From Vulcanimicrobiaceae bacterium (GTDB taxonomy: Bacteria > Vulcanimicrobiota > Vulcanimicrobiia > Vulcanimicrobiales > Vulcanimicrobiaceae), in assembly GCA_035656615.1 (NCBI GenBank), contig DASRSF010000262.1:1-37171 (forward strand): a stretch of DNA of 37,171 bases, given 5' to 3'. The position numbers and the translations under genes were made by a program. Shown in pieces: positions 32,033-37,171 of the stretch. Below the pieces are notes generated by a model, which saw only the letters and a program-made list of their open reading frames with translations, was not told the origin of the DNA and did not search any database. The stretch's first letter is position 1; each line of letters opens with the position of its first letter.

Positions 32033-33802
32033 TTGCACAGACGGACGTTTTCGCGCGTCGGTCCGCGGCGGGCTAAAGGCTTGTTTTACGGGCTGCTTTG
32101 CATTGCCGCGTTTTTATCCTGGCGCCTTATCGATGTTCAGCTCATAAGGGGACCGGTCTATGCCAAAGAAGCACTTGCGCAGCGAAGTGACACCGTTGAA
32201 GTCTTTGCGCGGCGCGGGAGTATCCTCGATCGCAGCGGCGGCGTGCTGGTGCGATCGCTGCCATCGGAAAGTATCTACGCGGTTCCACACGATCTCGGTG
32301 ATCCGGACGAAACCGTAAAGCAGCTTGGGGCTCAGCTCGGCAAGATGGACAAGGCGACGGCCGAGCTTTTGCACGACCGGCGCTTACAATTCGTGTGGAT
32401 CGCGCGCAAAGTTACGCATGACGTCGCGGACCGGGTGCAAGCACTTGGGCTGCCGGGAATCTCGCTCATCGAAGAAGATACCGGACGGCGAATCGATAGC
32501 GCGGGACGCAGTGCCTCGACGATTTTGGGCTTCGTCGGTATCGACGAGAACGGTCTGAGCGGATTGGAATACACCTTCGACGATCTGCTCAAAGGAACGT
32601 CCGGGCGCGAGACGATCGAAGCCGATCAATTCGGACGCCCGATTCCGTTTGGACAGCAGCGCATCGTCAAGCCGGCAAAGGCCGGATACTCGCTCGAGCT
32701 CACGCTCGATTCGTATCTGCAGTTCGTTACGGAAAGCGCGTTGGCGAAACAAGTTTCGACCTATCATGCCGCGAGCGGAACGGCAATCGTGATGGATCCG
32801 TATACCGGCGAAGTGCTGGCAATGGCCAATGTACCCGATTACGATCCCAGCACGTATTGGAAATTCTCGCCGGACGACTACCGCGATCGTGCGGTGCAAG
32901 ACGCGTACGAGCCGGGTTCGACGTTTAAACTCGTGACCGCGGCTGCCGCGATCGAGAGCGGCAAAGTGGGTTTGCACGATCGCTTTAATGCATTTCTGCC
33001 GCTCGAAGTGGGCGGACGGCGAATCTACAATGCCGTGGACGGACTGGTGCCCAATCCAAACGGCGACACGCTGGAAACCATCGTTGCGGATTCGCTTAAC
33101 GTGGGCACGGCACGAGTCGCACTGCACATCGGCAGGCACGCATTTTACGATATGGAACGCCGCGCCGGCTTTGGGAAGGTCACGCAGATTGGTCTAGCGG
33201 GTGAAAGCGAAGGGATCGTTCCGCCCATTCAAGAGTGGAGCGGCAGCTCGCTGGCCACGATGTCGTTCGGGCAAGGCGTTTCCGTCACACCCATCGCCAT
33301 GGCGCGTTATTACTGCGCGATTGCCAACGGCGGGGTTTTAATGCGGCCGCGTATCATTCGCTCGATACTCGACCCCGCGGGCAATCCCGTGTACACCTAT
33401 CCGCCGGAAGTCGAGCACCGCGTGTTTTCCAAGCGTACCGCTGATATTTTGCGAGGGTTCTTGCGCAGCGTCGTCGTGCGCGGAACGGGGAACCCGTCCG
33501 CGCAGATCCCCGGCTACACCACGGCGGGCAAGACCGGAACGGCCCAGATGGTTGAAAACGGCTATTATTCGAGCGGGTCGTACGTCGCGTCGTTTATCGG
33601 GATGGTGCCGTACGAACATCCCCGTTACGTCATCTACGTCAAGGTCGAAAAGCCGCAAGGCGCGATCTACGGCTCCATCGTGGCGGCGCCGGCGTTCGTG
33701 GCGATTGCCAAAGCCGCTATGCTGCATGCCGGAGTGCTTCCGGCACCCTCTCCGCCGCCCAAACGCTTGGTCCGGAGCACGGCGGTGGAGAATACACGCT
33801 AA
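32033..33802 (+). CDS. ftsI: Class B penicillin-binding protein (FtsI/PBP3-like transpeptidase)
   Basis: TTG start, a TM anchor and a PBP dimerisation domain. The transpeptidase motifs are GSTFK (SxxK), SLN (SxN) and KTGTA (KTG). Confidence 0.88.
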   Translation: MHRRTFSRVGPRRAKGLFYGLLCIAAFLSWRLIDVQLIRGPVYAKEALAQRSDTVEVFARRGSILDRSGGVLVRSLPSESIYAVPHDLGDPDETVKQLGAQLGKMDKATAELLHDRRLQFVWIARKVTHDVADRVQALGLPGISLIEEDTGRRIDSAGRSASTILGFVGIDENGLSGLEYTFDDLLKGTSGRETIEADQFGRPIPFGQQRIVKPAKAGYSLELTLDSYLQFVTESALAKQVSTYHAASGTAIVMDPYTGEVLAMANVPDYDPSTYWKFSPDDYRDRAVQDAYEPGSTFKLVTAAAAIESGKVGLHDRFNAFLPLEVGGRRIYNAVDGLVPNPNGDTLETIVADSLNVGTARVALHIGRHAFYDMERRAGFGKVTQIGLAGESEGIVPPIQEWSGSSLATMSFGQGVSVTPIAMARYYCAIANGGVLMRPRIIRSILDPAGNPVYTYPPEVEHRVFSKRTADILRGFLRSVVVRGTGNPSAQIPGYTTAGKTGTAQMVENGYYSSGSYVASFIGMVPYEHPRYVIYVKVEKPQGAIYGSIVAAPAFVAIAKAAMLHAGVLPAPSPPPKRLVRSTAVENTR

Positions 33803-33807
33803 CGGCT

Positions 33808-35271
33808 ATGACTGCAGAACGCAGCGCAATGCTGGAGGAACTCCTGCACGCGCTCACTCCCACACCTCAGATTGTCGGCTCCCTCGATCTGGTCGCAACC
33901 GGTATCGCGATTGATTCGCGAAACACGCGCCCGGGCGAGATATTTGTCGCGCTGCCCGGAACGCAAGTCGACGGTCACCGTTTCGCCGCGCAAGCCGTAG
34001 AGCGTGGCGCCACGGCAGTTGTGGTGCACCGTACGCTTCCGGAATTGGCCGTTACGCAAATCATCGTACCGGACACCGCGCGCGCACTCTCCGCGCTCGC
34101 CGACGCCTTCTATGGCCAGCCGTCCAAGCATCTGATGGTCACCGGGATCACCGGAACCAACGGAAAGACCACGACGGCGCAAATGACCGCGGCGATTTTG
34201 GATGCCGGGGGTCTTGCCTGCGGCAGCATCGGAACGATCGGCGCGCGGTTTCGCGAGCACGCCTGGAACATCGCCAATACAACGCCGCCCGCGTCCGAAC
34301 TGCATGCACTGCTCGCCCAGATGCGCGAATCCGGAGCACGCGCGGTAGCAATGGAAGTCAGCTCGCACGCGCTTGCGCTGGGCCGCGTCGCCGATGTCCG
34401 GTATCATACCGGCGCACTGACGAACATCACGCGCGACCACCTGGATTTTCATGGCTCCTTCGATGCGTATGCCGCCGCCAAGCGCATTCTGTTTGATAAG
34501 GCACAACGTTGCGTCTTCAATACCGATGACGCGCTGGGAAAAGCATGGGCATCGGAGTTTCGCGCTCGTAAGCCGGTGCTCACATATGCAATAGAGACGC
34601 ATGCGCAGCTCAATCCGCAAAACATGCAGGTTCGTCCAGACGGCAGCACGTTTGTTTTGCATGGGCAACGCTTCGATGTGCGTCTGCCCGGGCGGTTCAA
34701 CGTTGCCAATGCGCTTTGCGCGATCGGCATCGGCCGCCACCTGGATGTGGCGGATCGTGACGCGGCTCGCGGGCTTGCGGGCGTGGAGTCGGTCCGCGGC
34801 CGCATGGAAGTCGTTCGCGGTTCGGGCGGTTTTGACGTCGTCGTGGATTACGCACACACGCCGGACGCTCTGGAGAATGCGCTCAAGACGCTGCGAGAAA
34901 CCACCGCTGCGCGTTTGATCGTCGTGTTCGGGTGCGGCGGCGACCGGGATCGCGGCAAGCGGCCGCAGATGGGTGCGGTTGCTGCGGCCAACGCCGACTT
35001 TGCCTACGTAACTTCCGATAATCCGCGAAGCGAGGATCCGCTGGCGATCATCGAGGAAATCGAGTCGGGAATGAACGGCGCGCAGCGCGCGGTCTGCCCC
35101 GACCGGCGTGCGGCGATTGCCGCCGCAATCGAGGCGGCAAAGCGCGGCGACGTGATTTTGGTTGCGGGCAAAGGCCATGAGAACTATCAAATCATCGGGG
35201 AAGACGTTTTGGAATTCGACGATGTCCAGTCCGCTCGCGAAGCCATCGCGCGCAAGGAGCGCGCGCGATGA
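33808..35271 (+). CDS. murE: UDP-N-acetylmuramoyl-L-alanyl-D-glutamate--2,6-diaminopimelate ligase
   Basis: The P-loop is GITGTNGKTT. The DNPR motif (SDNPRSEDP) is associated with meso-DAP specificity. A Mur ligase C-terminal domain is present. Confidence 0.92.
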   Translation: MTAERSAMLEELLHALTPTPQIVGSLDLVATGIAIDSRNTRPGEIFVALPGTQVDGHRFAAQAVERGATAVVVHRTLPELAVTQIIVPDTARALSALADAFYGQPSKHLMVTGITGTNGKTTTAQMTAAILDAGGLACGSIGTIGARFREHAWNIANTTPPASELHALLAQMRESGARAVAMEVSSHALALGRVADVRYHTGALTNITRDHLDFHGSFDAYAAAKRILFDKAQRCVFNTDDALGKAWASEFRARKPVLTYAIETHAQLNPQNMQVRPDGSTFVLHGQRFDVRLPGRFNVANALCAIGIGRHLDVADRDAARGLAGVESVRGRMEVVRGSGGFDVVVDYAHTPDALENALKTLRETTAARLIVVFGCGGDRDRGKRPQMGAVAAANADFAYVTSDNPRSEDPLAIIEEIESGMNGAQRAVCPDRRAAIAAAIEAAKRGDVILVAGKGHENYQIIGEDVLEFDDVQSAREAIARKERAR

Positions 35272-36665
35272 AGCTTACGGTACAGCATGCAGCCAAAGCG
35301 ACCGCCGGACGCGTCTTCCATGCCGCGCGCTTTCCCGAACACCTCACCATTGTCACCGACACCCGCAGTATTCGTCCCGGCGACGTATTTCTAGCGCTGC
35401 GCGGTGAACGCTTTGACGGTCACGCGTATTTGGCGCAAGCGGTGGCCGGCGGCGCGGCGGCAGTCATTATCGACGAGCCGGCATCAGTCATCGCTGAGGT
35501 GCCCACGCTACTGGTTGCGGATACGAAGCGCGCATATATGTCACTCGCCGGCGCGGTGCGCGAGGAATTTCACGGTCAGGTCATCGGCATAACGGGCAGC
35601 ACGGGCAAGACGACGACGAAATACTTGCTGGCGCAACTGCTCGCGGGCGCCTACGGCGACGAAAACGTGTTGGCCTCACCGGCGAACGAAAACAACGAGA
35701 TCGGCGTGAGCAAGCTTTTGCTGAGCGCAAGCGAACATCACCGCGTGCTGGTCGTGGAGATGGGCGCGCGTCACCAGGGAGATATCGCGGAGCTCGTTCG
35801 CATTGCGCGCCCGCAGGTCGGTGTACTGACCAACATCGGCGACGCCCACCTTGAGATATTCGGATCGCGCGAGGGATTGGCGCGCACGAAGTGGGGACTC
35901 TTTTCGCTGGGTGCGCAAGCGGTGTTGAACGCGCGCGATTCCGAATCGGCTCTGCGCGCGGCCTCGCTGCCCGCGCCGCCGCTTTGGTTCGGCGCCGGTG
36001 AACCGGGACCGCCCGGAGTGTACATCACGCAGGCGGACAAACTGATTCTTACGCACGGCGGCTCGCCGCTTGAGCTTTCACTCGATATCCGTCTGCCGGG
36101 CGCACATAATCGCGCAAATCTCGCCGCCGCGCTGGCTGCGGCTCTGCTCAGCGGTGTTTCGCCGGAGCATTTGGCACGGATGGTACCGTCTTTGGCATTG
36201 CCTGCGGGGCGCTACGAAACGATTGCGATCGAAAACGGAACGCGCTTGATTTACGATGCCTACAACGCGAACACGGCCGGCATGATTGCCGCACTGGACG
36301 CATTTGCGGACGAGGACGCGGAACGCCGTATTGCCGTACTCGCGAGCATGGCGGAAATCGGCGCGGACGCACCGGCGATGCACGAGCGCATCGGTGCGCA
36401 TGCCGCGTCGCGCGGCGTTGACGTTTTGCTCGTGAGCGGCGACTTTGCCGAATCCGTTGCAGCGGGAGCGGTAGCTGCTGGACTTCCCGCCGAACGCATC
36501 GTCACATACGGTGAAAACGCCGAGGCCGCGCGTTGGCTGCAACGCCACGCGCGTCCGCGCGACGTCGTGTTGCTCAAGGGTTCGCGCAAGTACAAGATGG
36601 AAGAAATTGTTTCGGCATTGCGCAGCTCACACACGGGGCGCGCCGTTCACGGGACGTCCGCATGA
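35268..36665 (+). CDS. murF: UDP-N-acetylmuramoyl-tripeptide--D-alanyl-D-alanine ligase
   Basis: ATGA overlap with murE. The P-loop is GITGSTGKTTTK. Mur ligase middle and C-terminal domains are present, and the position in the cluster is canonical. Confidence 0.9.
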   Translation: MKLTVQHAAKATAGRVFHAARFPEHLTIVTDTRSIRPGDVFLALRGERFDGHAYLAQAVAGGAAAVIIDEPASVIAEVPTLLVADTKRAYMSLAGAVREEFHGQVIGITGSTGKTTTKYLLAQLLAGAYGDENVLASPANENNEIGVSKLLLSASEHHRVLVVEMGARHQGDIAELVRIARPQVGVLTNIGDAHLEIFGSREGLARTKWGLFSLGAQAVLNARDSESALRAASLPAPPLWFGAGEPGPPGVYITQADKLILTHGGSPLELSLDIRLPGAHNRANLAAALAAALLSGVSPEHLARMVPSLALPAGRYETIAIENGTRLIYDAYNANTAGMIAALDAFADEDAERRIAVLASMAEIGADAPAMHERIGAHAASRGVDVLLVSGDFAESVAAGAVAAGLPAERIVTYGENAEAARWLQRHARPRDVVLLKGSRKYKMEEIVSALRSSHTGRAVHGTSA

Positions 36666-37171
36666 GAAGCCTGCACATTCGCCGCGCCGATCTGCCCGCG
36701 GGAATCGTCGCCGTGCCGGTGCGCACGCCGCTCATCGCTCCGGGCGATGATGTGATCGGCGTGATCGCAAACGCGGTCGCCGGTATCGCGCGGCCCGCGG
36801 ACGTGCTCGCGATCTCCGAAACGGCCGTCGCAATAGCGCAGGGCCAAGCGGTTCGAGCGGAGCTGGTCCGTCCTAGCGCGCTGGCATACGCGCTCTCGCG
36901 CCGCGCCGGAGCGCTGGCAACGGTAAGCCAGCCGGAGTCGCTGCAAATCGTGATCGATCATACCGGTCCTTGGAAGGTAGCGTTCGCGGCAGTCATGCAT
37001 GTCGCCGGCCGGCTGGTGGGGCGGCGCGGAATGTTTTACGAGATTCTCGGCCAGGCAATTGCGGCGATTGACGGCTATACCGGTACGCTTCCGCCGTTCG
37101 AACGAACGATTGTTTTCGCGCCGCAGGCTCCGGATGCGTTCGCCCAATCGGTGTTGGAACGCACCGGTATT
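36662..37171 (+). CDS. CofE / F420-0:gamma-glutamyl-ligase-like domain protein; 5' fragment truncated by the window edge
   Basis: My own translation from the ATG at 36662 (ATGA overlap with the murF stop) gives 170 codons with no stop: MRSLHIRRADLPAGIVAVPVRTPLIAPGDDVIGVIANAVAGIARPADVLAISETAVAIAQGQAVRAELVRPSALAYALSRRAG...AIAAIDGYTG... By eye it aligns with the N-terminal half of archaeal CofE (VFPVEGLPLIKEGDDLAELI...GDVLVVCSTVISKAEGR...NAGIDASN). It is absent from the ORF track because there is no stop in the window. Confidence 0.55.
   Translation, partial: MRSLHIRRADLPAGIVAVPVRTPLIAPGDDVIGVIANAVAGIARPADVLAISETAVAIAQGQAVRAELVRPSALAYALSRRAGALATVSQPESLQIVIDHTGPWKVAFAAVMHVAGRLVGRRGMFYEILGQAIAAIDGYTGTLPPFERTIVFAPQAPDAFAQSVLERTGI

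Noticed and set aside
33799-35190. 463-aa minus-strand ORF opposite murE, plus the 251-aa ORF 32384..33139 opposite the PBP gene.
   Set aside because: They are antisense shadows of well-supported Mur ligase and PBP genes. Both are Arg-rich, low-complexity translations.
36647-37147. 166-aa minus-strand ORF at the right edge.
   Set aside because: It is antisense to the CofE-like frame, which has a fold-consistent translation and an ATGA coupling to murF.
1-37171. Defence systems, prophage or mobile elements, tRNA or rRNA genes, toxin-antitoxin pairs.
   Set aside because: I saw no integrase, transposase, recombinase, nuclease-helicase or Cas-like translations, no terminal inverted repeats and no tRNA-like T-arm sequences. 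Gene content and tight operon packing look like core chromosome.

Overview
GC-rich bacterial chromosomal window that is densely coding and mostly housekeeping. I saw no tRNA or rRNA genes, CRISPR array, integrase, transposase or recognisable defence island. The lineage cannot be assigned from the sequence, but it is clearly diderm: Lpt genes, Lnt and a TonB-dependent receptor are present.

Gene order, left to right:
- Minus-strand operon: zinc-ribbon ORF, TonB-C-like secreted protein, FAH-family hydrolase, small membrane protein, pntAA, pntAB, pntB, single-pass membrane protein, and an SBP_bac_5 lipoprotein truncated at the left edge.
- Plus-strand, tightly overlapped block: secreted multi-beta-sandwich protein, polA, DUF192, mutM. 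Then rpsA (with a clean terminator) and coaE.
- D-aminoacylase on the minus strand.
- Two tandem KGG-repeat general-stress proteins behind a perfect sigma-B-type promoter.
- An outer-membrane biogenesis neighbourhood: lnt and an LptC-like gene, a divergent orphan lipoprotein plus a BmtA-type metallothionein, and a convergent SLT lipoprotein, single LptF/G permease and LptD-like barrel.
- proC, then an Oar-like TonB-dependent receptor with Fur-like boxes, then a small Sm-like ORF.
- nadV and nrtR.
- The dcw cluster: mraZ, rsmH, ftsL, ftsI-like PBP, murE, murF.

After murF the expected mraY is replaced by a translationally coupled CofE/F420-ligase-like ORF that runs off the right edge.

The best second-look candidates are:
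- the CofE-like ligase coupled to murE-murF;
- the non-canonical Lpt neighbourhood, including a possible LptE analogue and a dedicated lytic transglycosylase;
- the 500-bp structured non-coding gap upstream of proC;
- several well-defined operator and promoter sites.

None of these is proven novel. All functional calls come from motif recognition by eye, with no database search.
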